A stretch of 64,000 nt of DNA from assembly GCA_030704615.1 (NCBI GenBank), contig CM060732.1, forward strand, positions 13,020,001-13,084,000, written 5' to 3'. The position numbers were made by a program, and so were the translations under genes. Positions 24,621-37,330 of this stretch are shown here, one piece after another; position 1 is the stretch's first letter, and every line of letters begins with the position of its first letter. The notes beneath the pieces are model-generated. The model saw only the letters and a list, made by a program, of their open reading frames with translations, was not told where the DNA came from and did not search any database. This DNA is from Takakia lepidozioides. Taxonomy: Eukaryota; Plantae; Bryophyta.

Positions 24621-27600
24621 TGTTAGAATATGAGTTGGGAAGGCAGGCCCATAGAGACGTTTCTGTCGTCTTAGGGGATACTGAAAGTTGTGCCTAGCTT
24701 CAGTACATCTTAGCTTAGCCAAGGAGGTGCAAGGATGCCTCGGCGTGAGCCTGGTCACGTGAGCGCAACTGCGCTCACGCCACGTCACCTTGCGCCAATG
24801 CCACGTCACGGGGCTCACTCCACGTCATCACACGTGAAGGCCGCGTCACCACGCGCCCAGAAAGAAGTGGAGTGTATTCCCGCGGATTGGCACCCTTTAC
24901 CGCGGAAACAAGCTGGACGACATAATAAAAGGCATTGAATAAAGGATGGATGAATGTACAATGTAGATGGATGAATGAGGGATGGATAAGAGTAAAATGG
25001 ATGAATGTATAATGGATGTTGAGGTGGAGGGCAAAGCACCACGAAAGCTCACCCAAAGCGAGATGAATGAGCTCAGACTGCAAGTGCAGAACATTGCCAC
25101 AACTACTATAGACAATGTTTATAGTAGGATAGCGGAGCTACAAGAGGATATAGACGGCCTGCAGACTCAGGTAGAGGACCTGACATCAAATATTGACAAG
25201 AGAATCTTTGTATCTGAAGAGCAACTGATGGCTTCTTATTTACAAGCCAAAACTTTGGCTTTTCAGTCTTCTTCGCAGGGGGTGCAGGAGATGCCAATGG
25301 TACAAGAGTCAGTGCCACCAACACCACAACAAGTCATTGTGCCAGTAACTGACCCTGTTGTTACTACAGCCACACCACAGCCACCACATCCTGAGGTATG
25401 GGGGAATGTTGCTTTTAACCCACCTAAAACTCGCTGCACGGGGAGTACAGTCGGGCTATGATTATGCCCTTCAACCAAATTCCCATTGTGTTGGATTTGG
25501 CTTGGAAGGAATTTAGTCCGCCGCAGTTGTTGGCACATTCTACTCTCAAATTCATGCGCATTTGGCTGCCAGTGGCAAACTAGGACTAAAGTCTTCCGAA
25601 CAATCGACCAATTGAGGATCATCACTTTTTGCCGTAGTACTGGCATGAGGCAAGTACCATGTGAAGGAATCTAATTGTCTTCCAAGTTGTACATGGATTC
25701 TTTATACCAAGACCAAGGAGGTTGGGTAGCAAGTAGATTATTGTCATGGGCTGCGGGTTATACTACGCTGCTTGTTTCTGGCACGTTATCACATTGAGCA
25801 GCAGAAGATGCAATCGCGCTTCTGAGTTATTCCAGTGGGGATCATTGGGTCTTACCTTCAGTGCACCTCATATGTACCTAATGAGGCAAAAGTTATGATG
25901 CAAAAGGATTCTCAAATTCGTTCATGGTTTCATGCGGCCTGGAACAATTTGTCAACATAGAAATTTGGCCCTGACGATATTTCTTTAAGGGACATGAGGC
26001 ATGGAAATACTGCACAATTCACAAGTCATTGGTACCCCACTCACCTGGACAGACAAGGAGCTCAGGGTCTTCACCAATTTTGCAATTCAGCGCTTACAAC
26101 AAGTTTTGCAGTTTAAACTTCCAGACATGGTGGGACAACATTGTATGCCCCAGAGAATTCCAGTTAGAGTTCGACCGTTAAAACACCTCAGGGGGGACGA
26201 GGATTCTGATACAACTGTTTCTTCAGCGGACTCTTTTGACATGGCAGAGGACTATGCAATTCAGAAGATGGCAGAGAGAGAAGAAGCGACGGGGGTCTCC
26301 TATGCCTGAAAGATTACCTCGATATCAGCCTCCAGAGGGACTGACATATCCAGTAGTGTTAATCAATCTCCCTCAACCAGTGACAGGACACGGGCTCGCA
26401 CACGGAGTCCTTCACGAGACTCTAACCGTCAGAAGGGTGCTCGCTCACAAAGGGTTACAAATCCCAAACAGTAAACCGTGAGGACACGGCTTTTGAGAGG
26501 GGGGAAGGGTAATGTTAGATGACTGTCTGGGACTTAGGCACTTTTACGGGATCTGTGTGGGTACCCTTAATTTTACACAGACTGAGCCAACAGGAGCCTT
26601 AGGGGTGACAGCAACAGGCTTTAGGGGGGAGATACACAGCCCTACACAGTCCATCACAGCCCGACACAGCCAACACAGCCCGTCACAGCTTCGCACAGCC
26701 AACACAGCCCGTCACAGTCCGACACAGCGGACACAGTCAGGACACAGCCGTCACGCTCGCACAGTCAATCCACAGCCCGACACAACCCGTCACAGCCGAC
26801 ACAGTTGCACAGCCAGCCACAGATAGACACAGCCCGACACAGCCCAACACAGTCACACAGCCAGTCACAGCCCGTCACAGTTTCACACAGCCAGTCACAG
26901 CTTGACACAGCAATCACGACCATAGGGGGAACGGATTAGCAGACAGGGAACGACTGTGGGGAACAACATCTGCGAATGAAAACATGTTAGTTCACGGATG
27001 ACGGTTTGTGAGGGAAATGGTTAGAAACAACGGGTAGGAAGATAGATAAGCCAGGAGCGAGAGAGGCGGCGAACTGGAAAGGAAAATGATCACTTCTTGG
27101 AATCACTTCGGGAAGGACTTTGGGGGGGGGGGGTCACAACTTGGAAATGAAGTGGAGAGCGCATCTCTGAGCAGGAAGAGGGGGAAGAGAGAGCACGGAG
27201 TAGGAGGAGAACGATCTGTTGATACTTGCTGAATGCAAGAAGTAGAGTTGTAATGTAGAGCAGAATAGAGACACCATGGCTTCAGCCTGATACTTGATAG
27301 ATATTAATCTGATATATACTTCATACTCACACTGTGTAGAGAGACCTGAGTGAAGCGTGGGAATGAATGATGGAACTTGATAGATTTCTAAAGCAAAATG
27401 TACTTAATTGCAGATAGTAAGGTAACTCGCTAACATGAATGCGGGAAGGAGTATAGATAGGGAACACCCCCATGATACAATAGCTGTAGGTCATGATTGA
27501 TTGTTCTGAGCGGGCTGAGTGCTTAGAGATTTCCAACTCTTCTATCTTGGAGTTCCCACCTCGGATAGCGAAGGGATGGGTGAGTAAAAGCCGCGCGACA
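24621..27600 (+). mobile_element. 3' portion of a Ty3/Gypsy (Tat/Athila-like) element: extra degenerate ORFs, PPT and 3' LTR
   Basis: PPT GAGAGGGGGGAAGGG at ~26495-26509 precedes TG (26513)...CA (27600); the LTR is homologous to 43830-44636; degenerate ORFs at 24982-26481. 5' boundary uncertain. Confidence 0.72.
26513..27600 (+). repeat. LTR (~1.09 kb) containing a CACAGC tandem array (26630-26915)
   Basis: TG...CA ends; the last ~120 bp nearly match 44517-44636. Confidence 0.8.
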
Positions 27601-28694
27601 GTTGCCTCCTTGGGGAACTTTTTAATTTTACCCCCCTTAATGGACATTCCCACCTGGAATGTCCACTAGGACAGCACATGTGGCAAAAGTCCCCATTTTT
27701 TGTACTCGTAAAGGGTAGTTACCTTTGCCCCGAATGCATTAATGGGCCCACAAATAGTTTTGGTTGATGTACTGGGTAGGTATTTTGACGGCCCAATTTG
27801 TCCTCTTGCATGATGTCACCCACTTTTGCAATATATGCCCCGCGGTGTGCTTCGCCCTAGTGGCCACGTGTCCATTATTAGACACGGCCCCGTCTTCCCC
27901 TGTCCTCGTGGCACATTCTCCGAATCTGACTTCCAAGCTGTCCTTCCACTTGTCGGCCACTTTTCTGACGTTAACCCCCATCCACCTGTCACTGACCCTA
28001 TGGACTGTGCAACCCGTGTGGGCTGTGTGATGCTGTGATGGGCTGTGATAGGCTGTGTGATGCTGTGGTTGGCTATGATAGGCTGTGTGATGTTGTGGTG
28101 GGCTGTGATAATGGTGTGAACATCCGTGTTCTCCGCTCAGGCCATACACATTTGGCTCTACGACAAGTGCTTCATGCTCCGTTGGTATCACCGGTGCAGC
28201 CCATGACTGATTCTGTGTTTCAATATGCAAATCATGCTGCAATGGTTTGTCATGGATACCACTGTATCCCTTCAACTTATTGGCGTTGACTCTTCCCAGC
28301 ATCTCTTTGTTAATGGTTTGTAACATGGCTGTGTTGTTATCATACATCTTCTGTATGATATAAGGTCCTTTCCATGGTGACTTAAGCTTAGAAGCCTTAA
28401 TCTTCTCCTTCTTCTGCAACCACAGAACCAAATCACCCGTCTTAAAAGTTTTCAGTTTACCTTCATCAAATTGATCCTTCCTCTTCATCTGAATTCTGGT
28501 CATGTTATCTGCTGCATCAGCATGTACTTCTTCCACATGGATATAATTCATGTTTCCTGACTTTAATTGAATCCTCCAATTCCATTCTCCTTCCCCATTC
28601 AGTTCTCATGGTAGGAAACAAGAACTCCACTGGAAGTAAAGCTTCCATACCATAAACTAATTGGAATGGTGTATACTTGGTTGTGACTTTATAT
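27601..28694 (-). mobile_element. Ty3/Gypsy integrase C-terminus and 3' region
   Basis: Minus-strand YKVTTKYTPFQLVYGMEALLPVEF (28692-28620) and FKTGDLVLW...KLKSPWKGPYII (GPY/F motif); cut at 28694 by the next element. Confidence 0.88.
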
Positions 28695-30524
28695 TGTCAA
28701 GTTATTTTACCACTAGTGTGAAACTAGCTAGGAAATAGCTAGCTTTTATATATTGACATTTGGGATTGGCCCAAGTGTCAATCAAGGGGTCAAGGCAGAT
28801 TTAGGCCCTGGAGTGGTTATCTTCACGGCAAGCGCGGGAGGCTCATCTTTCTCGAGTTGAGCCTCACCGCACCTAGCTATGGCGCCGTAGTGTGGATTCC
28901 CCATGGCGTGGGGTGCACATGGCTTGCCTTGTATTTGAGTGATGAGGTTATATATGCATTAGTTTATGCTTCAGATTTGTGAGCTCGTGCTTGTATTCTT
29001 CTTCTTTATCACTCGAGAAAGATCAGCTCGTATCTGTGAGTGCCAGATACGAGTTAGTTGTGGCACTTGTGGTTTTTGCTTGAGAATAAGAGAAACCAGG
29101 TTGTTATGCAAGGAGCACCGTGGAGCTCTTGGTTGTTAGAAGCGGAGGCGATGTGGGTTATGAGGTGGTAAACCTTGGCATTCGATCTTCAGCTTCAGAG
29201 ATGAAAGCACCATACTGCAGGCAATTCCAGAGCACCTTGATGGTTTCAGATTGTGTACATGCATGAGAAAGCACGATTGGGAAGAGGACCAGTCAAGCAG
29301 GTTATAGTGGCTTTGGTGGCAAAGCTGAGAACTGGACTTGGGAATGCGAGCTTTCATTGTGTGAAGGATTGCAAGACCAAGCGAAAGAGCTGATTGGGCT
29401 TGGGGCAAATCAGTGCACTTTGTGGAGTATGTTGAGAGTGGGTTTCAATCTCGAGCTTCAGCATTGAGAGGGCTCTTGTCATGGCAAGAGCAGGGCTGGA
29501 ACAGCAGCTAAGAGGTGCGGCAAGGCCATGGAATGTGCACCTAGGGTTTCAGAGCTTGGAAGAAGAGCTCTTGCACCACAAAAGGAGTGTCTTGTGGCTG
29601 GAAATGTAAGCCTTAGGGTTTCAGGAGCTTGGCAAAGGCTGTGGAGTGCTTAGTCTTGTCTTAGAGAGCATCAAGGAGCCAAGGAGCCAAGATAGGGGGC
29701 TGATACCTCTTGTGTGAACAGGTTGCATGTGTGGAGCATGTATTCAGCTCATTGAAGCTTCCATCTTCAAGCTTGGAGGGCAAGCAAGGAAGAGGGAAGG
29801 GCTGACTTCCCTTATGTGAGAGCAATGCATGTGTGGAGCATGTTGAAGGCTTGTACTTTCAGGTTTGGGAGTGCAAGAAAGGAAGGAAGGGGCTGGTTTC
29901 CCTGTAGGGCATGTGTGGAGCATGCTTCAGCCCGCTGAAGCGTTATTTTCAGGTTGGTGGGTGCAAGAAAGAAAGCAAAGGGGCTGATTCTCTGGTGGTG
30001 AGAGTGGGGCATGTGTGGAGCATGCCTTCAGTCCATTGGGCTTTTGTTTTCAAGCTTTAGAGAACTAGAAGAGAAGGTAAGGGGCTGATCTGCTCTTATG
30101 TGACAGTCCGACACTTGTAGAGCGTGTTCTGAGTTGGGGTTTCAACCTCAAGCCTAGATAGAGCATGGCTCTTGAAGTGGCAGGTGTAGGAGGCTGGAAT
30201 AGGCTCTAAGACAATGCTATGCCAAGGAAACGCTTGAATGAGTGCTCACAAGGGCTGGAAACCAGCAAGGCTTGGTTGTTTGCCATTGAGTTTAGTGGCG
30301 TGTTTGGGGAGTCTAAGTGAGAAAGAAGGCTTGGTTTGTGGCAACCATCTTCCTCATGGCTTAGAGCTACTATTGGTGGTGTGTGGGAGCCAAAAGAGCA
30401 AGAATACCTTGCTGATTTCTTCACAGCCGCCATAGCTCGGTGCAAAGAAGCCTAGAGTCCAAGAGACACAAACCCTAGCTTGGCGTGGCTAAACCCCTTG
30501 GAGAAATGGCTAACTGTCATGAGT

Positions 30525-31100
30525 GGCCTGTGGGGCTGTGATGGGCTGTGACAGCTGTGCCCTGTGGCCTGTGGGGCTATGACGGGCTGTGATGGGCTGT
30601 GACAGGCTGTGCCCTGTGGCCTGTGGGGCTATGTGTGGGCTGTGACAGGCTGTGCCCTGTGGCCTGTGGGGCTGTGGGGCTATGACGGGCTGTGACAGGC
30701 TGTGGCTGTGACAGGCTGTGGCCTGTGGGGCCGGGCTGTGGCCTTTGGGGCTGGACCTGTGTGGGGCTGTGACGGGCTGTGAGGCAGGCTGTGGGGTTGG
30801 GACAGGCCTGTGGCCTGTGGGCTGTGATGGGCTGTGAGGGGCTGTGAGGGCTGTGTGTGGCCTGAGGGGCTGTGATAGGCTGTGTTTGGGGCTGTGACCC
30901 TGTGACCTTTGTAGGGCTGTGACAGGCTGTGCTTGTGGCCTTTGGGGTTGTGATGGGCTGTGACAGGCTGCGGCCTGTGGGGCTGTGACCTTGTGACCTG
31001 TGTAGGGCTGTGACAGGCTGTGGCCTGTGTGGGGCTGTGATGGCTGTGTGGGCCTGTGCTGGTCTGTGGTGGCCTGTGTTGACCTGTGGACGGCCTGTGC
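30525..31100 (+). repeat. GGCTGTG/GGCCTGTG short-period tandem array
   Basis: Dozens of degenerate (G)GC(C)TGTG units; reverse complement of the CACAGC arrays in neighbouring elements. Confidence 0.9.
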
Positions 31101-31975
31101 TGACTCGTGGATGCACTGGTGGACTACCTAAGGACTGGTATGGTCTTGAAGGCCGAATTTTGAAGCTCGTGGAGGGCGGTTTGAGGAGTATCTTCGTGAT
31201 ATTCCCATGGTCATGCAAGTGAGGGAAGAGAGGAGAGGAACAGTGTTGGGATGAGGGCATGCTGGGGTTAGGCATTGCTTTAGCTTCTCTTCCTCGTAGT
31301 TTCCACCCTCTCATTAGGCCAAGACCTTTCCGTAGGTGGAGGCAAGAGTCAGTCCGGGTTTGGGCTGGGGTGTCCTTGCAGGAGCAACACCGTGGAGTTG
31401 TTTTTGGTGTGGGGGAGTTGTCGTTCTGATTTCTTGTGTTTGGATCCCCTCCATACCTGCATGCTTGACTGTGCGCCATGCTAGTTTTGTGTGGGCGCTT
31501 GTTTTTATAGGTGATTGGTCCAGATTTGATCACCGGCCAGTCCTACATGCTGTCGATGGTGAGGCTGGGGTGATGACCAGCCAGACCATCATTGTTTCCC
31601 TGTGGTGAGGTTGGAGGTGATGACCAGCCAACCATAGGAGTGCTTGCGGTGGATGCAGGTACAGGTGTAGGCTATGTTAGGAACTTAGTATTCCAAACTA
31701 TAAGCAGCAACAGGTTCTCTACCCGGTTACCTTGTGGAGAGGGGTTTGGGGACATGTTCATGACCGGTTGAGTGTCAACATGGAGGTGCCACTAGTTGCT
31801 GGGGATAGTGCCGGTTCGAGCACTAGCGATACTAGTGGGTACACGAGACGAGGTGTGCGGTTTAGGCCACCTTCACCTCCTGTGTCTTCTACGGAAGGTT
31901 CTGATTCGGATTGTGAATCAGGAGGACTCATACTGGCGGTGCAAGTTGTTTCTTTGCCATTGTTTGTGGGACACA

Positions 31976-33134
31976 ATGGAGGAGATGTATGGAGCTACCA
32001 AGGGGCCACGAAGGTACTCTGGGGCGGTGGGCACCATTGAGTTGGATGATTTTATCCAAGAGTTTGATAGTTGGTGTGATTTGCAGCAAATGCGCAATCC
32101 ACAACTATTTACGCCTTTCATGGCATGGAAGGGGTTGTTTCAGCACCTTGAGGGGCCGCCTATGGATGATTACCATGAGTTCAGGTGGGGGCATGAGGTT
32201 GAGATCAAGGAGTGGAGGATGTACTGGTCACCCGACTATGTCTCCATCACTAGGGGCACTAGAGCCACGAGGGCAGTGGCTACACCTGCCGCTGCACCGG
32301 CAGCTTCAGCAAGTAGCAGTGGGACTAGTGGGACTGGTGGTACAGTAGCTACGATGTCCACCCAAGCCACTACCGCACCAGCACTAGTACCCGTGCCTGC
32401 CTTCAACCCTGTTGTGGAGTTCTTCGAAGAGTTGAGAGGGAACTACCAAGGGGTGAGGACAGAGAAGTTGCGGAGCTTGCAAGAGTTCCAACGGAAGCCG
32501 ACCGAGAGCTTGAGGGAGGCTTTCACTCGCATGAGGCGCTTGATAAATGTAACCCAAGGGTTACGGAAGCTCAGGCAGTCCAATTCTGGTATGGGATATT
32601 GGACAAGGAGCTGAGGAAGGGTGCGGGATGCAACTCTCCTACAAGCGGCCCAACCCACCTTAGCAAATGTGTTTTTGCTGGCAGAGCGGATAGAGCTCAA
32701 CATGGTGGAGGAACGAGTGGTCATGGTGGGATTTGCTAAGGAGACACCACGGGGTAGTGGTGCTCCTAGCCAACCACTACCTCAACGTGCTCAAGGCAAC
32801 AAGGGGGCTCAAGTAAAGCTCAGGGAAGGGCAGAGAGGACCTCAGATGCAGGGGTCTTTCCCTTCATTTGCTGGCCAACAACGGACGGATGTGGTGTGCT
32901 GGACATGTGAGGACCCCATGTCAAGAAGGATTGCCCAGAGGGAGGCAAAGGGCCGGCACATGCACAGCCTGCACAGTTGCACAGTTGCAGTGTGGGCATT
33001 GTGGCAAGCACGGGCATGGAGAGGCCCAGTGTTATGGTTTGCATCCTGAGTTGCGCCCAGGCCAGTTCCAAGGGAAAAATGGTAGTCGGGGGCAAGGTGG
33101 AGCAGCCCAGAGAGGACGAGGTGGCCAGCCATGA
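31976..33134 (+). pseudogene. Gypsy gag with two Zn knuckles (frameshifted)
   Basis: IELDDFIQEFDSWC...LQEFQRKPTESLREAFTRMRRL; knuckles CWTC...HVKKDC (across a frameshift) and CGHCGKHGHGEAQC. Confidence 0.8.
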
Positions 33135-33899
33135 GGTGCAGGCCAAGGGCAAGCTCAACATGGCCAAGGACGCGGAGGTCAGGGTGTTGACCAAGGCATG
33201 GCCAACCAGCTTCAGCAGCTAGAGCAGAGGCTCGCTGCCATGGCTACAGCTCAGGTGGTACCGGCTCTAAGGCCGGATGGTCCACCTCCTGCTCCTGAGG
33301 GAGGAGATATGGGAGGCATGGGATTCATGTGTGGAGCAGCACTACCACTAGTGCAGGTGGAGTCTGCTGCAGCCGTGACTCGAGGAGCAGCACGAGTTCT
33401 GAGCCACGAGGTGCAGAGGTGGAGTTGGATCCACAATGTGGGGAGGCAAGCCGTCAGGCTAGGCTTCCTCAGTCATTCACATTGGCGGAGACAGTGTCGA
33501 CGCCATCCATGGCACCTAGTTCTCACCCGACTGTTACCGAGGCGGAGGTTACTATGCCATTGGGGAGAGCTACACGGTAGCACACCACTACCTAGTGTTG
33601 CCAAGGCTACGGCAGCTAGTGTGCTGCTAGGAACGGCCACATCTGTGTGCCAGGCTCCATTGTTCTCGGCTACCATGATTGCGACGCCAGGGGTAAGACC
33701 AGCTGAGGTGTTCAGGCTGGCAGCTACACTCTGTGAGAGTGGGGAGGTTACTTCATCTTCTGCGGAGATAGTGGGAGGTGTAGTGCCGGAGGGATCCTCG
33801 GATTTGAGGGTCAAGACTGCCACGGCGGCGCCATGGCAAGCTGCAGCTGCCAGGTTGATGGAGCTGCCAGCTAGGCTAGCCATTGAGCGCGCCATGGTG

Positions 33900-34300
33900 A
33901 CACCTGGAGTTGTCATGTTAGATAACCAGGATGGCATTTTCTGTTTGAGTGGACCGGTAGGCAAGAGGTACCGGCCACTGCGGGTCTTGTTGGACTCGGG
34001 AGCTCAGCCATTGATGCTGGGCAGAGCTGCTATTGCAGGCTTGGGCCTCACGGAGGCGGATATGGAGCATTGTCCTTTCCAGATACAGACGTCTCTGGGA
34101 GGATCGGAGCAGGCTCGGGGCATGACACGGCGTGAGTTGGCTATCAGACTACGGCCGGATCACCCTACAAATGGCTCAATGATGCGAGCCAAGGCCATTG
34201 TGACAGACGCGGTCTCATACGATGTCCTGGTTGGTGGGGCAGTGTTGTACCCCATGGGCTTCACCCTGGATTTTTGGGAGGAGTCAGCTTCCTATAGGCC
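33900..34300 (+). CDS. Retropepsin aspartic protease domain
   Basis: RVLLDSGAQPLMLG (D at 33993) ... YDVLVGGAVL. Confidence 0.85.
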
Positions 34301-34699
34301 TGCATGGCAGTCAAGGGAGGGCTGGCGTGTGCAGCTCCCTGTGACGTTCATAGGAGGAGTTGCGGTTGCCCAGCGAGGCAAGATGCCGACACTAGCAACA
34401 TTCACAGCGGCAGTGAGTTGGCCTAGAGAGTTGCTTGAGGGCAACGCTCATTCAGAGGATGTGCCACCTCCGGGAGAGCAGGATGACATGTATGGTATGG
34501 CAGAGTTGCCTACCATGGTTGCTCAGACTCCATTGTGGGGCACGAGCAAGGATTTGCAGTGGGATGCTGATCGACGGTGCAACAAGCCTGGGTGGAGGCT
34601 TTTGCACCGTCAGGAGAGGAGGAGAGTGCGGGGATTGCACCAGGACCACCTCAGTTGTCTCCATTGGACACCACACCTATTGTGTGGCAGTATCCGGAT

Positions 34700-35850
34700 G
34701 AAGACATTTGTCTTCTGGACTTGTTTGGCGGGATCAACACCGGATTGGCTGCTGTGTTACAGGCAGGTGTACGAGTTTGGCGTTACCTGTATGTGGAGAG
34801 GGATGAGACTGCACGACGCGTTTCATTTTGCCATGTTACTCAGTTGGTGCAGCGGTACCCTGAGTTGTTGTCGGTGTCTGCAATTCGTGGATATCAGCAG
34901 GCCTCGCCAGCAGACATTTCGTTGCTGGGGGCGCAGGATTTGGAGCGGGTTGGCTCCATTGATCTCTAGTAGTGGCAGGTTGGCCCTGCCAAGGGCATTC
35001 ATCAGCCGGGCATGGCAATGGATTGCGAGACTCGAGGTCGGGTCTGTTTTGGGAGATGGTGCGGGTTTTGCGCCACTTGCAGCTTCATCAAGCTGTATCT
35101 CCAGCATACATCTTGGAGAATGTGCCACTGATGGGCGATTCTCGGGCCAGGGTGATGGCCAGTGTGTATCAAGTCCGGTCGTGGCTTGGGTCAGCAGTGT
35201 TGCTAGATAGGTGTCAATGTTGCGAGTGCACCCCAAAACGAATTCAACCCATCTGCTAGTATGGCCCCTTGAATGGATTTCTCAAATTGAGACCTGCATG
35301 GAAGAAAGCTCTTTGTGAGCAGGAATTGAAATGATACTTAATGACGTCCACGGAAAGCACCCCGACAGAAATCTTTATACAATCTCCAGAAAGCTCAAAA
35401 GCTTATGGTGAAGCTACAGTGGGGTCACGGGCTCATCCACGGCTATGGTGGACTAACTTGATGCCACCCGCACTGCTCAAGCGTGCATTTGATGGGGTGC
35501 AGCGGCCAGCACATCTCACAGTGGATGGCATTCTAGACACATGGAGGCAGTCTCAGCGTGTGAGACACGATGACCGTTCACCTTTAGCAGTGGTCAACAA
35601 GGTGGGTCAACCACGAGCAACATTACCTACACTGCTCAGCTTCCCAGGATCGCATGCTTTCCGGGATAGTGGACGTGGCCTCCTGTAGGATGCTCAGTTG
35701 CAGCAGTTAGTGGAGCCTAATGCTGACGAGCGTGAGCGGGCAATGGGTTTTACCACTGGTACCACGGCGGTGTCGTCTCTTTCTGAGGCATCACGTCGTC
35801 AAGTGTTGGGGCAAGCAATGGATCTCAATTGCTTGACCTGGATTATCAGC
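34700..35850 (+). pseudogene. DNMT3-like C5 cytosine DNA methyltransferase domain within the retrotransposon polyprotein
   Basis: Motif I LLDLFGGINTG, II YVERD, IV AGWPCQG (PC at 34984-34989), VI YILENV, VIII SRAH-PRLWWTNL, IX ERERAMGF, X RRQVLGQAMD; frameshift ~34965, ~200-bp insert 35210-35410, TAG at 35686. Confidence 0.92.
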
Positions 35851-36289
35851 TTGGCTATGGTTGAGCAACGCAGAGTGCGGAGTACACTTCCCTCAATGAT
35901 CTCTCTGCCTACCGAGACGGTACAGGCAGTGAGTGGGGGCGAGCATGTGAGGACCACGGGGTGCATGCATCCATGGCACACGTGGGAGGTGCTCGAGGTT
36001 CAGAGGGAGTTGGCAGCCAAGGTGGCGATGAAAGATGAGGTTGGGGATTTTTCTCGGGTGGAGGAAGTCCTTGAGGATGAGATGATGGGGCAGGATGAGG
36101 CCTTGTCACTGACTAAGCATGTAGGGAGTACTGCTCAAGAGGTTGCAACATAGCAACCATTGGACGCGTCCTCTACCTCTAAGCCACTGGACTTAAGGTT
36201 GCAGTTACGGAGGACAATTGGGAGCCTGACATTGGACCCATTGTCACCGGAGGAGAGAGACGACGTATACGGCGGTTCCAAAGGGCTTA

Positions 36290-36800
36290 TAAGAATTGCT
36301 TTGCCTTCAGTTTGAAGGACTTGGGAGCACTGAAGGGTCAAGAGATCCGTATTGAGTTGGCCACTAACACGCCAATCTTTCGGAGACCCTATAGATACAG
36401 TGACATGGAGAGGTCTTTGATTCAGATGAGGACTCAAGATCTCTGGGAGGCAGGTTTGGTGGAGCTCTCTGGTGGAGAGTATGCTTCAGCCACAGTGATG
36501 CCAGCCAAGAAGGATGTCTATGGCAATTGGACGGAGAGACGTATGTGCGGTGATTACCGGCCTGTAAATCGTCAGACCAAGTCCGATAAGTATGCCATGC
36601 CAACACCAGAGGAGATCTTTGATGCCATCGGGCATGCTAAGGTCTTTAGCACTTTGGATTTACGATCCGGATATCACCAGTTGCCAATCAAGGAGGCGGA
36701 CAAGCAGAAGACGACATTCTGGGGGATCAATGAGCACGGCAAGGATTGCCTATATCAGTGGCGGTTCTTACCATTTGGGCTTAAGAATGCTCCTGCAGAG
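36290..36800 (+). pseudogene. Gypsy reverse transcriptase, N-terminal half
   Basis: PIFRRPYRYS...RMCGDYRPVN...FSTLDLRSGYHQ...LPFGLKNAPAE, truncated before the YxDD motif. Confidence 0.92.
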
Positions 36801-37297
36801 TGGATGGGGAGGGGCTCAAAATCGGTAATTTGCAAATCAGATGCTGGAAGTCCCCAAATTGTTGGCCAAATTGGAATGCCAACGGTCAGTGTGAGCATGC
36901 CTACATTGAGAGTACACTGGCCAAAAACCTAAGAAATGGAGTAGAAATGGTGCTAAGATCCTGGCCACCTTCAACTCAAGCATAGGGTTGCAAGATTTGC
37001 CACTGAATCCGGCAACGCATTTCGGGCCATGTCATGCACTCCCTCGTGTTTGCAGGGCCACGTCATTCAAACCGCCCCGATGATCGTCTCTGTGTTTTGC
37101 CCAACATATGTGACCCACCCGACTCCAACTGCCAATGAACTACATGGTTCCTTCTCCTTGGACTTCTTCAACTACCACTAGACAAAGACAAGGACACCGG
37201 CAGGGAGCAGACTAGACTGAAACACACGACAAAAGCTCGAACTGAGGGGGATTCGAACCCCCTGATCTGCCCTTATATGCAGACAGTCCCCCCCCCA

Positions 37298-37326
<29 letters not shown>
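37298..37326. repeat. (CA)n microsatellite
   Basis: Uninterrupted CA dinucleotide run. Confidence 0.95.

Positions 37327-37330
<4 letters not shown>

Larger units (their letters stand above)
28695..36800 (+). mobile_element. Ty3/Gypsy retrotransposon encoding gag-PR-DNMT-RT, 3'-truncated
   Basis: Starts TGTCA exactly where the integrase is interrupted; long non-coding leader with GGCTGTG array; gag 31976-33100, protease LLDSGA, C5-MTase and Gypsy RT in one collinear, frameshifted polyprotein. Confidence 0.88.

Noticed and set aside
30577-31533. 318-aa H/P/T/Q-rich ORF (also 26512-26826 and 43743-44015)
   Set aside because: Open frames are by-products of the CACAGC tandem arrays.
37246-37262. 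tRNA/SINE B-box (GGGTTCGAATCCC on the minus strand)
   Set aside because: No A-box or cloverleaf could be built around it.
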